A stretch of DNA of 62,926 nucleotides, filler included, from Intoshia linei (GCA_001642005.1; 8 parts of 8 records of this genome joined end to end with filler, not necessarily neighbours in it); one strand, 5' to 3'; shown: positions 27,139-41,464, numbered from the whole stretch's first letter. Made by a program: numbers and translations. The notes: generated by a model from the letters alone, not told the origin.

Positions 27139-30100
27139 TCATTTACAATTGAAATTATATATTCTTTGTCCCTTTTTAAATGTTCATTTTCATTGATTTT
27201 TGATTCTATTTTGTTCATATTGTCTTTTACTCGGTTTATGTCAAACCCTAAATGTGAATAAATGTAGTACATCCTGTATAATCATTTCATTACAATTTAA
27301 ATATAAAAAATACCCTTATTTTTCGCTTCTAGTAATACAAGAGTGAGTGGCATGTCATTGATTAGGAAATCGGTTGATTGGTATTGTAAAATTACTTTAT
27401 TCCAGCTATACGATTAATATAAATTCATGATCTCAAAGTTTATAAAATTAATTCTTTCAACACTTACATAATTTGTAATGAAACTTATACAACGCAGTTA
27501 CCGCATTCCCGGTGGGCCAGGGAAATTTCTAATCATACACATCACAGGAAATATTGATAGTTATTCGTCATGACCTGACAGTCTCGGACCGTGACTCTCG
27601 ATCATGTTTTAAGTTTTCTAAACCTTATTCAAGAAAAAAATTGTTTGCATTCATAAGGGCTTGTATTATCTCGTCAGTGTTTTAGGTGCCAGTTGACAAG
27701 CTGTCAGTATTTAAATTGAATGTTCTGTATAAAATGAAACTGACAAAAAATGATTTTGTAAAATATTCTCTGATGTGAACGCCATAAAATATTTCCAATT
27801 TATTTGTAATGTTGTTTGTAGGTATAATATGGTATCTTAATATTTCAGTTTTAACTTGGGTCTGTAGTGGATGATATATTATTTAAAAAACTAGATTTTT
27901 AATTTTTATACTGACACTCCAAAATCATCAAACTTAACATTCAATTTTTTTACTGACAAAATATTAATTTATAAAATGTGTTTATTTCTATATACTTTTT
28001 TATTGAGTTACTTACAATTTTCGATGAAATAATTAATTTGATCTAATTAATATATTTACTGACAAAAAAGCAATTAAAAACTGACAAATATGAAATTGAA
28101 TACTGACAAAGTACATTTTAGTATTTATACTGAAAATTTTTTATTAAAAACTGCCAGTATTTTAATTAAATACTCCCCATTTATAAGTACTACTAATAAA
28201 CAGAAATGAGTCAGAAAACGGCAACATTTGGGCCACGGGTCAGTTTTTCCACCTCTGCATTATGTGGTTAATAACTTTTAATTCAATATGATTAAGTAAA
28301 AATAAATAGTCCAAATTAAAGTTGGTGGATATCTTGCTGAAATTCAAATTAATACCCAGATTTAGACTAATAATTTTTAACTTTTATATCTTATTTAATC
28401 TAAACTGTACTCGGTATTCATAATCCATTTCAAGATAATTTTCATCAAACACGAATCAATCATATTCTGACTATATTTTTTCTAAATATTAAAATTATAT
28501 AGTCGCATTTTGTTCCACCTCAATCATTATATTAATCAAGTGAAATAATGTTTCAAATCTATCTTTTTCGTTAATTGAAGAGTCGCTATAAATCTAAAAT
28601 TATAAATTAATAAAATTTTACAATAAAATATGTACTTCTAAAAGTTCTTCTGGTTCCATTGTCTCGAGCAATCCATCATCTTGTGGTATATTGTAATCCT
28701 ACTTGAAAATAAACAATAACATGTGTACATTACATTTCGTGCTTTTGAGGGTATATTGAGTATTATGTCCAATAATTTTCTTTCAATTTCCAATTTTTTT
28801 AAATCTAAAGTACAGTTGTATTCTTAATTGACTCTAATTTTAATGATAAAATATAAATATGGTGTTTTACAATACATTAAGTTGTATAAAATAAATATAA
28901 ATAATACTTTGAAGGGAGTTTTCAGGTGTAGTTATCTTTGATAATAAAATAACGTAATTCATGAGTAACTAAAATTTAATTAATTTTAAAAATTAGCAGT
29001 TTTCTGATTAAAGAAATGGCTACACTAGCGATGGAAAACGTTTGACGTGGCATAATCCCACAAAAACATTTTTAATTCAAATAATGATATATTCCCACAC
29101 ATCCGAATTTGCAACCGATGCATCACGAACCAGGGTGTATAAACTGGAAAAGAATATGTAATATATAAACAATGAGATACACGATCATAGCGTTCACCAG
29201 TAATTAAAATCCACTCAATATTAATCGTCAAAAAATAAAAACCGTCACAGAGAATAACACGTAACTGTAACACTGTAACACGTACTATATGCAAGGGAAA
29301 AATTTACAAAAAATTTAATTTTGTTAATTATCAAAAATTTAATACAATTTGTTGCCGACTGCTTATAATTTTTTATGAACCTTTTTAAAAAATTTTCACA
29401 AACAATTCGTAGTATGATATAACCCTTACCCACCTCTCTAAGGCTGTTGAGTTGAAATTTAACACAAAATCGTTTGATATTCAAGAGTCAATTTCAATAT
29501 TCAAGAATATATTTTTTTTAATTTGGTTAATTTATGTACGATGTACATATTATATATATTACCTTTTTTTTTGAGGCATTTTTTTGTTTAAATACAGACG
29601 AAAAAAGAATTGAAAAAACCTAAAATAAGTATTATTAACTAAATAATCACATAAAAATGCGCCAATATTAATAACATTACGCAAAATCATCACCAGAATA
29701 ATTAATTAATCATAATTAAGGTAGACAAAAGTTAATACAATTAAATGTTACATTTTTATTTCAAAAGTAAATTTCAATTTAGCTGCAATTATTCGAATTT
29801 TAATAAATTTTTAAAACAGTGAATTCAGTATAAATTTGTCACCAAAATTCGAATTAAAAAACTGTAAGATAGAAGTTCACATTTTCTAAATAGAAAATTA
29901 TATTCAGTAAAGGTTTAGTATACATATTTTACTGATTAATAAAGTTATATCAATGTTATTTTACAAATTAAAAAGAATGACTCTAATCATTATAAATAAA
30001 TCACATAAACTATGTGAGAAACATTTCTGGGCAGAGCCGTCTTAAGCCACTTCGTGGCTCTAATGGGGTAAGCAAATGACCGGAGGACCCTTAAAGTTTT

Positions 30101-33100
30101 GAACGAAGCGATAACAAAAATTTTAGGGCTCTTTTTAGAAGACAGGGCATACTGTTGGTTGGAGACTTAGAGTCTTATTTCATTGAATATTAATAAAAGC
30201 ATTACAAGATATTATGTAGGTATCTAGTAACTTTTATTTCTTTTACAAAAACTTAATTAATTATTTATTTTATTATTATTTATTAAAATTTATTTTTTAA
30301 TAAATTGGGGGCTTCTTTTTAAGATATAAATGTATAGTACTTTTATTAATTTTCGAGCCTTTTTTAATAAGTGGCCCTGGGATACATCCCATATTGCCCA
30401 TGTCTTAAAACGGCTCTGTTTCTGAGTATGGAATTTTTTTTAATATATTACAAAATTATGCATAAAAATAATAAGACCAAAAAGAAGATACAATAAATAA
30501 ATACTGCCTAATAATTAGTCCCTAATTCCTCGTTAACGGAATATTTGGTCCTGAAAAAAATCTCATTCCGTTAACGAGAAATTTTTTTGAAAAATTTTTT
30601 AATTTTCTGTTTTAATGTTATACAGTCTAAGTCAGTGGTTTTCAACCTTCTGGTGTTCGCGATCCCTTTATAAACATAAAAAATTTTCGCGACCCAAAAA
30701 TTTTTTATATAGTCCAAATATCATATCAATTCACATAAATAAAATTATTAAAAATCATATTCAGTTTTATTTATATTTTATACTGTCTACAGTGAGCAGT
30801 GCTCAGTACACTGTATTATTATAATGACTGAATTTATTTTCTTAATTTTAATCTTAATTTCTTAAAATATTACGTGCAGCGGATTCAAATATTAAATCTA
30901 TTACTTCATCCTGTATTTTATCGGGAATAGTTTATATATTAAGTGAAGAACTCCTTGAAACAAGGTAATGAAAATAAGTTCATTAGTAGTAAAATCCCTA
31001 TCCTATAGTATCGTGTACATAAAATACAAAACTTTTTTAATCAATACCTTTTCATAATTTCTTTGTTTCAATAAATACATAACAATCAACTTTTTTTCCA
31101 TATTAATAAATTCAACAAAACCATCACAAGATATAAGTGGCTCAGAAAACAAATTATCATACAATCCTCTCTCTACATGCCATTTAAAAGTAAAATTTTG
31201 AAAATCCTAAAAAACAATAAAAAAATATTTTTTTAAAAACCTTGTAAGTTTCATTATTCAACATATCATTCAATAATTCCATATCATCAGTTTTATAAAT
31301 GATGACCAACAATGAATGATAATCTCTCCAAATTAAAGCATACTTTTTAGCTTTTTCAAAAAATCCTTTAACGATAAACAAGGAAAGAACATGAAATCTG
31401 GATTTAATCATCAATTGTTTAATTTCAATATATTCTGCTGAATCGACAAGTTGAATACGTTGCAATTGATTTTCAAAAGATTGAACAAAGCTATTACAAT
31501 TGTCTTCAAAAATTTCAAACAACAGCAAATCAGTAACAGAATCACCCATAGACATGTCCAATAATTGAAAAAAACTTTCCACCTTAAATGTTTTTAAATT
31601 ATAAATACAAAACTTACATATGTCAGAAAAGCATGTCGAAATTCATCATTATCTGGAATAAATGTCAATTCCTTATATTGAGAAGGATTCAAGTCGAGAA
31701 AATTTCGAAAAAAATGTCGATAAAAGAGAGAAATGTGCTTAACAATATTGGTGAGTTCGTGATAATTGGCATTTTCCAATTCAACCAAATTATTGAACAA
31801 TTCAACGCAACTTTCAAAAACATTTTCAGCGTTGGGTATAGCCTGAAAAATTACGGTGATATAATTGGTAGATTCGTGTAAATTTGTTTTCAAGTTTCTC
31901 AGATAATAATCAACAATTAAAGAACTGGTATATTCATCAAAATTGTTATTAAAAAGAGTTGAAAAAAATTTCAATCTCAATTGAGTATTGAAAATGTGGT
32001 TTAAGGTGGCAATTTTAAATGATTTTAAAAGTAAATCATAGACGCCAGTTCTTTCGAGAAAAAGGTTAAAATAAAATAAATTGCGATTTTTAATGATTAA
32101 AAGTTTATGAACAAGTTTGTAATCAACAATATCATACTCTGATTTATCTGTGGAACAATCTGAAGTAATGGTGTTGGTGTCATCAGAGAAAATACGATAA
32201 CTGGTACTAAAACAAATTTCGTCTACAATTTTAATGATTGTACTGTATAAAGATAGAGATTTGTCACTTTTAAGAAGTTTTTTTAGTCGGTCAATCATTT
32301 TATTCATCTCATCTCCATTCCCATCTACAGAATATTGAAATGCCTGTAAAAGGCAACCGTAGGGTTGGTTATCCAAATTTTTATCAAATTTTGTGAGAAA
32401 TGTCAATTTAAAATTCTTATTGGCTTCAGCAATCTCAGAAAGGTGTTTAGCTTCAAAAATTGTTTCTTTCAAGTAAATTAATCCAGCGTTTTCCAAATAA
32501 ATGTTTGCAATAATGTCTCCTGAACCTGAATCGAGTGTATAAACAACATCGTCGATTCTGTCAATATTTATAGTAGTTTGTTTTTTAGTTACGCTAGTTA
32601 AACACCAAATTGAACATTTATTGTAGACTAGAAATGTAACGTCGTTTTTCGAGGTTTTTATGAATTTCGATTCTGACAAAGAATTTAAATTTTGATTAGT
32701 ATTGATGAAAACATGATTTCCACTAGATTTAAAATTATTAGATACTTCAAAATTTGCTATAAAAAGCTGATGGTTGTTTTTATTTATAGATAACATTAAA
32801 CCATACAGGGATTCACCATAAACGTTCCACAGTGCGTCCAATAACGTAACATTTTTAAAATTAGAAAGACAGTTTTTTAAATTAATATTACATTTTTCGT
32901 CAGTGTGGAATTCGTTGGCTGAGGAATTATAGAAAATGTTTTTATTAATCATTTGACAATCTTTGTAAAATGTAAAAAAAGACGGAGTGTCTTCATCCAT
33001 ACAACATAAAAAACAAACAGGCACTTTAATATCCAAGCTGCTGCTATGATTTAGTATAGATGAAAGTCTTTTACCAATATGTGAAATAAAGGATGGTTTT

Positions 33101-33624
33101 TCATAAAGAGAATGACAAATGAGAGGAGTTTCCATTACGTTGATTATGTATTGCTTGTAATCTTCTGCCGTCAAAATTACAAAATTATCTGTATTGTGCA
33201 AAAAAATGCTGCTGAAACCTACTTTATCACAGACACATTCCAAATATTCCGAGTTTCTGCTAATCATTGGCCAGTAACGTACACTTCCACTTTTACTTGC
33301 CGCAACACAAGATAGTTGGTTTTTGTAGGAACCGTAAAATAGTATAATTTGATTATCCCAGTCTGTACTGTATTGAAATTGTAAATTCAACTTGTAAACT
33401 ACATCTTCACTTTTCGACAATTTCCATACGTATAATGTATTTAAATTTACCAGTATTGCCCAATCTTTAAATATGAAGCGAATGTACGATTTAACGTTTT
33501 TTGTTGTATTGTATTCTATTACGTCCGAAATTGTTAATGGAAGTAGATTTACAGCGCCATGTAGTCTAAACATGGCATCTGTCTCTTCAAATACACGAGC
33601 CAGCTTCTGCATATATTTTTTCAA
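27139..33624 (-). CDS. NUP133: Nucleoporin Nup133; start codon uncertain (first in-frame ATG in the large ORF is 33612)
   Basis: Beta-propeller motifs LLPLTISDVI, DWAILVNLNTLYVWK, SGSVRYWPMI. Helical region AKKYALIWRDYHSLLVI. Small 3' exons splice to ..ILLSKI..DPEELLEIY..KWIMNTD|WNKV..NFNCK*. Confidence 0.8.
30032..30418. mobile_element. hAT MITE in a NUP133 intron
   Basis: TIRs CAGAGCCGTCTTAAG / CTTAAAACGGCTCTG, TSD TTTCTGGG/TTTCTGAG. Confidence 0.85.
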
Positions 33625-34429
33625 TTTTATTTACAAGTCTATTTTATTGATCGATAATTGAATTTTATATTTTTAAATCCATGTATAAATAAATACGCAT
33701 AATAATTTCTTATTTCATGATGATATATAGTTTTAACTTGCAAGTCCTTGCACTTTTTACTGTTATTATTGATATATCCACTTTACAATCCGGCTTAAGT
33801 TCTAACGATATGCACAATCGTACTGATATCAAATATTTTTTTCTCCTAAATTTTAAATTTAAAAATAAATCGACAATGTCAGTTAGAAATTTATCTAAGC
33901 AAAATTAACATATATTTAAATAAGAATAATATTATTTCCAAATTTTTGACATAAAATAACACGGTTTTTGGGCAAGGCAGCTAATATATCGGTACGCTAA
34001 ACAATACTATAATAAATATGTGATATAATATACATGTATGTTACTTGATATGTTAAAATATATTATGTAAATTAATATATTCCAATAAAAGAGAAATTGA
34101 TATGTAAATAAATGAACAAAAACTGAATACAAAATTTGACCTTTGTATTTTTCAAGTTGAAAGTTATTATCATTTCAAGTTTCGCTTTACAAAAGTACTA
34201 CAAATAACCGAACATACCATGCTCGAGGATACATGTAAAGATTTTGAAACGATTCGTTTTGAAATGTAATGTTATATAACCTTGGCCATCCCTTAATCCG
34301 GAATCCGAATTAGATTAAATTCAACACTCAAATCATTTACATCGTATGACATTCATAAATTTCATTTTTTAAATACTCAATTGTGAAAAATGCTCAATTA
34401 GAAGAAATGCAATCATTGTAATAATAGTT

Positions 34430-35227
34430 TATTTTATACGATTGTTTGCAACTTGGTACAATTTTTTTTTCCTTTAATATACTATAATAAAAAATAAATG
34501 TAATCATAACGCAAAATACCCGACTACATCCAATTTTTCATACATATTCAAAGCAAAACTAAAATATTTTAATTGTGTATTTAAAGACTCAATCTTTGCG
34601 GCACAGCGTCCGTGTTTTGTCCATTCGTGAGACCTAAAGTATAGTACAAAATGAAATAAAATTGATCATTTTTTTTTATCAGACAACATTTTATTTGAAT
34701 TTAAATTACTAAAAATTTTCATCCCGTTTGCTATACGATTTCCATTCTTTTTTTAATTTTTCCTCCAATGACTAAATTTTTTAAAATTATCCAACAAGAA
34801 ATCTCGTGAAAAGTTGTCTGATTCAATAAACTAAATAGTGCATCCATTTTTTTACTTCCTTTAACGGACGGCCTAATAAGCACATGTCAAATTTCAATTT
34901 TATGTTGAAATAAAAATTAAATCAAACTAATACCATAATCCGTGTATAGTAATTGGAATGTCCATGTTCGTTACATTTATCTGATGGTCTCTATAACATG
35001 TATTATTATTAAATTTTTTTAATTTAACTGGTCTCAAAAAGCAGAGACTAGTCGGCAATTGTAGAGCGAACAAGAAATTATCAAAGGGCTTTGGTTCTTT
35101 AGATCCAAAGTATACGCATAATACAATAACAATTGTGAGTATTAATACCTACAATTAATATGTATAATTATTCATTATGTATTACAGAGACTGCAACCAG
35201 TCCAATGATTAATTTTTTGCTTAACAT
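34430..35227 (-). pseudogene. Ribonuclease T2 family pseudogene (intron-containing)
   Basis: Hydrophobic N-terminus MLSKKLIIGLVAVSVLILTIVIVLCV, FDNFLFALQLPTSLC, CAS I TIHGLW|PS, CAS II F*|SHEWTKHGRCA, YFSFALNMY. TAG replaces the conserved Trp, with apparent frameshifts. Confidence 0.75.
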
Positions 35228-36809
35228 TTCAAATGAAAATAAATTTTAAATTAGTTTTAGAATAAATAGTAACAAATATCTAAATTAATGTATATTTACA
35301 TTAATAAATTGATGATAAAATTGATATTTATTTTAATTAATTTTTTAAAGGTTAATCTTAATTTAATTGTGTTTACCTTCGAATATAATCGCAACCGTGT
35401 ATACTAGACTTTCTTAGCCTTGTTATCTATTTTACTGAGACCCTGAGTTTGATGCTTCATACAAAAAGAATAATATAAATAATATTTTATTTTTTTGTAA
35501 CATTGTTTTTACTTATTTGGTATGTATTTGACAATATATAATTTTTAATATTATCATCACTTTATTTCGATTTCCGACGACATTCTTAGCTTTATAAACA
35601 TATTTTATAGTTTAGGATCAATTATGACAATAAAAACAGATTCAACGCTATCAATAGTTTTAAATTATGACTTATTAACGATTTAATTTCTCGAATTCTG
35701 GCTCAATAGCAATTAACATAGTTTAAATTTTAAATGATTGCATAATATGAATTCCATAAAATCCAAAAAAATTGAGCTAGAAACAAATTTAAAAAAATAA
35801 ACTTCAGTTTTAATTTCTCCATAATATTTATAGTGATATTTAAAATGACAAACGCAACTCGAATAGATATCGTCAAGTGTTTTTGATTGCGAATTAGTTT
35901 TTCTATTTTAAAAATACACACTTATAGTGCTAATTTGTCTTGATTCTTTGATGGGTATGACACCCTAATGCACACCTTATTAAACACAAATACACATTTT
36001 TAGCAATTTGTACGTTATATAAGATAGGATAATAGTAGAATGACAAAATGTTTATTAAAAAATAGCAAGTATCATTTTATTTGATTCCAATCTCTAAATT
36101 TGATATTAAAAATATTAACAAATGTAAATAAAAATAAAAACTTTTAAATGTAGTAATAAATGTTGGCAATATACCAAATATATTTTGTTTAAATATTAAA
36201 ACTAATATAATTTATTTAAACATATTTACATTATTTTTTAAAATAGTATTTTAAGAATATAAATGCATTAACAAAACCTCAGGATATTTTTGATCCCTTT
36301 AGTCATTATATTTACACTTGTAGTTAATAATTTTTAAAATTATCTAAACGATAAAAGTTGGTGTATAATGGTATGTAAATCTGTTAATAGAACTTTCTTA
36401 GTTTTGCCTATTGTCAATACAATATCACAGAAATGCCCAATTTTTTTTTGATGCGATCGACTAATACATTGACTAGAAAAATGTTTCTGATAGGAAAAAT
36501 ACTATAAAAAATGTATAACTAAATATTTTTAGTGTGATCGTAGAAAATATAAAAATTAAAATTCTGAATGATTCCAAGCACTTTCGCTGTATATTTGAAA
36601 ATAATTGTCAAAACCTAGTTTAAGAAATATGGACTAATTTATTTATTAGATAAAGATTTAAACAAGTTACATCGCATTTATTCAAATGTGTAAAAATTTT
36701 AACAATATNNNNNNNNNNNNNNNNNNNNNNNNNNNNNNNNNNNNNNNNNNNNTTAATTAATTAANNNNNNNNNNNNNNNNNNNNNNNNNNNNNNNNNNNN
36801 NNNNNNNNA

Positions 36810-37620
36810 CGAAATAACATTTTTCCGCAAATAATTTAAGACTAAATATAAAGTTGTTTTTTCTTTTGCTGGCCATTTTGTCAATGCGTTTTTGAATAGT
36901 TGTATCGTTGAAACACATCATCACAACATCAAATGATCGTTGATAATGTTCCATTAACTATTATTTTCATTGCAATGCATATCTGCAAAGATTAGCCGCT
37001 AAGACAAATTGATAAATAATTTTGATGCTTGTATGTTTTAGAATCAAAGTGGATACAAAAATCACCTTTGTAATCAACAATTAGTTTATTTATTTCTGTC
37101 TGACATATTTTTAAACTACATGCTTGTTTTTCAATGGACTTAGGAAATATCCTGTATCCCATTATTTTCATTACTCCGTTAACAATATAAACAGTACAAT
37201 AAATAGAATATGCAAGGCTTCCAGATATTTTTACAACATCCGACTGAGACTGAGACATATTGTGAGGATAAAGCAAATTTGAATTATTTTCCATTGAATC
37301 TGATGTGAAGTTTGATTCTTCAGCACTATTATATTTACTAATATCTTCAATTTCATAAGATGCATCATAGTAAACTTCAGGTAGATTATAAATATTTTTT
37401 TCATTTAAGTTACGACAATCTACATACCCCATAATGCAATTTGATTTTCTTTGCATATTGTTAAATTGCTGGTCCAAAATTGATTAAAAAATTTTAGGTT
37501 CACAAGAAATGTCAAATAATTTTATAAATTGTTATGTTTGCCATGCTTTATGTTTTGTTTTTTTTTGCTATTAATTGTAATAATCTACGCTTTATTGAAT
37601 TCTTTGTAATTGTTTTAATT
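36810..37620 (-). mobile_element. Degenerate DNA transposase fragment (hATm-like)
   Basis: CIHFDSK...LSICLSG and MMCFNDTT resemble the HxDGK / CFDTT motifs of hATm-type transposases. Disrupted and truncated at a gap. Confidence 0.5.
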
Positions 37621-38207
37621 CGAAATTTTATTCATAAAAATATGAATTCATCAGAAATCAAATCAATTCGATCATTAAAAAACTTGGTAGTGTGAAATAG
37701 AAATACATATTTTGTAATGTATTAATTTTAGTTGATAATCGAGATATATCACATAACTTATTCATTATTATAAAACTATTATAAACAAATAAATAAAATA
37801 AATAAATGAATGTAAATAGAATTGTTACGCTAGTTACTGTTGAAATATTTAAAAATTAAAATATACTTTTAAAGATATAAATTGATTTAGGGCACACATT
37901 TTTAAAAAATTGAATATTTTTAATAGACACATACGTTATTATACACTTTGAAGTATATGGTGTGACCATGGATTTTTTTTGAACAGCTCTAATGTACACA
38001 TTTTGTATTAAACACACATTCCATTTAAGCAATATAAATTAGCTGTTTTGTTAAAAACAGACTAAATTGTCAAAATATATTTAAAATATGTAAATACAAA
38101 TTGACATTGGTGTCTCTAGTTCAGATACAACCACTGAGGTATCAACGACATTTTTGTAAAATGGGCTTCATTTTTACAAATTAATTTTTTAAGCTTTATA
38201 TTTCTTA

Positions 38208-39180
38208 TCTATATAATGGCTACGATATTTGTTTGTGTGTGTGTTCTACTTTATTTCAATAGCTACCAGTCTTAGATATTTTATAAAGTCCACATTTTAA
38301 TTACGGTTTTTTCCGGAAGTGTTAGCAAAATAAATTTTAACCTCCAAAACTCGCATCTTATAAGTCAAACAGACAAATAGTCCTTTTTTGAAAATCAAAT
38401 GAGTGGGATAATTAAAAAATATATATTTTAATACAAATTTTACAATCATAAACTTGATCATAAATTTAAACTTAAAAAAATTATATCTTTAGAACATAAA
38501 CCACAAATTATTTTTTTTTTATAAAAACAGTCTTAGAATTTAAAACAATTTACAGGTGGTACAGTTGTATGCTGTTAACACACACATTAAATTTCAATAT
38601 GAATAAGTGACGACTTCGCGGTTCAAAAAGTATTTTAGTATTCATATATTTTTTTTCTGAAATATTTTATTAAAAAAAATGTGAAATAATTCACATTCCA
38701 AAAATTAAAAAAAATTTATTCTGATAGAAGTTATTTCAGTTGATATAAATACAAAAGTTTAACCCGATAAATCTACGCATTGCCGATGAAACATAATTTT
38801 TAATATATTATTAACTAATATTTATCAAATATTTCGATTAAAATAAAAATTAAAAATGTAAATATTGATCCTACAATTTTAAAACAAAAATATGGGTGAA
38901 AATCTATATAATTCATTCGTTCAGAATTTTTTTCATTACTACGCAATTTTCAAATTTCAAATTCTCATTTTTAAAACATTTTGTATAAATTTAAATTATA
39001 ATACTACAACAACGAATTTATAAAAGTCATATAACTTTGTTATTATCATTTTAATGTTTATTACAATCCTCTGCTATATTGATAATATTTAACCAAAATA
39101 TATTTATAAAGAAAAACTTCGGTTTATTATTGATACATAATTGGTATTTTTAAGTATTTATTAAATTGGTACTAAATAGA
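38208..39180 (+). mobile_element. Helitron-like family copy (5' part)
   Basis: A|TCTATATAATGGCTACG start, co-linear with the reverse complement of 19752-21080. Confidence 0.7.
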
Positions 39181-39572
39181 TATCATAACTAAAGCAATTT
39201 ATTAAATAACCTATATAAAAAAATAACCTAACGACTGATTTTTAGTAGCTTTTAGCTATNNNNNNNNNNNNNNNNNNNNNNNNNNNNNNNNNNNNNNNNN
39301 NNNTTAATTAATTAANNNNNNNNNNNNNNNNNNNNNNNNNNNNNNNNNNNNNNNNNNNNATAAAAACTCAATATCACAAACAAAACAAAATGAAGTTCTC
39401 TAATAGAAAGATTAGTGATAAACAAGTTATAAACGCTTTAATACTTACAAGAAAACTAAGAAAACTTTTTGAAACAAAATAAACAATTTATTAATTATGC
39501 ATTTTTCGGTCCCTGAAATATTTTAAATAACAATTCAAAAGTTTAGAAATGTATATAATTTAATTTAATTAG

Positions 39573-40172
39573 TAAAAAGAGTCAAATATCAGTAATAAAC
39601 AAATCACCAGAATTCATTAGAACCTCATTAATAGACCTTATAAATACTCCAGCTATATCATCAATTGAAATAAATGCAGAAAATTCATCAAGAATTGCAG
39701 AAGAATTAAAAGTAATTATAAATGCGATATTTATAATATATTTCAATCATCCATGTAGAGTGAATCTGAATCAAAAGAACCAAAAATAGTATATTTACCT
39801 AATAAAAAACCAGTCAAGCCAGACATTACAAGAAAAGAATGGCAATCAGAGTGTTGTCCTGATCAATTATATAACATTAGAGATATATATTATTCTTGGC
39901 ATCTTCGAAAAAAGCTAATTAAAAAGGAATTAAAAAACAAACGGGCCCATGAAAATTTACTTAAAAATGATATTATTCGACATGAAAGTAAAAGAAAAAC
40001 TAGTACCGTGATTTTTGAAAACCAAAAAAAGTACATTTATCAAGACGAATACGATGTTATTGATTCATTTTACAATTATCATGAATCTCTCGGTAAAAAA
40101 AATATTAGAATAATGAAAAAAGATTTCAATCAACTGTTTACTGCGGATAGAGAAAATTTTGAATTTATATAA
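39573..40172 (+). CDS. 3' exons of an unknown protein (5' part ambiguous or in the gap)
   Basis: Open exons 39573-39711 and 39759-40172 joined by a GT-AG intron: ..IAEELK|SESESKEPKIVYLPNKKPVKPDITRKEWQSECCPDQLY...ENFEFI*. Confidence 0.5.
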
Positions 40173-41464
40173 TTATTACATGAATGCATAAATTTTAGAT
40201 TAAAAAATACTTTGTTTTTAATAATATTTTTATTTAAAAATATTGTATATGACTAAAGCTGTGTCAATATATAATTTTCTGAACATAAAAGTAAGTATTT
40301 TCAAATATAAATAAATTTAATCATTAAATTCATAAAGTTTGATTTGATAAAATTGCATTCAATTGAAAGAGGATATTGGTGTCTGTTTTAAATAATCCTC
40401 TAAAAACGTTTGTTGTGGTCTGTGAGTTCATGTTTCTGATGCCGCGCATTATCATACATGTGTGGCTAAATTACTATATTAAATTTTCAATATATTTAAT
40501 CAGGTATTTTAGAGTTTGCGGTAATTTTATTTTTACAATCTACCACAAAGAGTATAATATTTTTGGTTACTTTTTTCAAAAATGAATAATATATATACAC
40601 TTAATCAGACCGAACCTATCACGCTCGAGACCCACAAAATAAAAAGATGACCCGTAAAAATTATTATAATTATTTTATATTTCATATAATCCCTAGCCAC
40701 GTGTCCATTCGTCTGAATTTGAAGTTTTGGTTCGACACACAAAACAGTCATGATATTCAAAAAATGTTTTTTAAATTTTTAAATTATCAATTTGTAATAA
40801 TTAACCCGAATAATGGTTTCGTGAACGGAACATTCGGCTTTACATTATATCAAATATGCATAATTTAAAAGTACAATCCATAATATGTAATAATAAATTA
40901 TACGTGGCTTTAATGCTAACGTATAAAGCTTTAGGTTCTAAGATTTGATCTATTATGTTGGAAATATCATTAATCAATCGTTCTTGTACTAAAAAAATTT
41001 TTAGTCAAAATTAATAAATTTGGATTTTTTTATCCGCGGGAGCGGGAATAGTGATTTGGAGAAATACCACGGTCGCCACTATTCTAATGATAGAAAATGT
41101 GTTCATTATGTCAAAACTGACTAATAAATTACGCATTAACATAACGTATTCATCATACCAATCATTTTTGTGTAAATGACCCTATCTGTCAGACAACATC
41201 ATAGCAATTTAAAATATTGGGTTTAGTTGTAGGCTTTGTGGGTATAAACGTTTTTTCAAATATGTTTATTAAATTAACTTAAATTAAAAATTAGCAATAC
41301 AATTGTATATACAAAAAAAATTTTTTTTAAAATGTATATATTAGGTAGGATGGTTTCACGTTTTAAAATATTTACATTTCATGTTTATGTTCATTCAAAT
41401 AACTTTTATTTTATAATTAACTAAATAAATGGCCTAAATGTAGAATTATCCTTTATTTCACGAC

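Noticed and set aside
29099-29112. GCAAAUUCGGAU resembling RNase P CR-I, complementary to the UCCGAUU in the calpain-intron fold
   Set aside because: No partner CR-V in cis, and a short match 23 kb away is easily coincidental.
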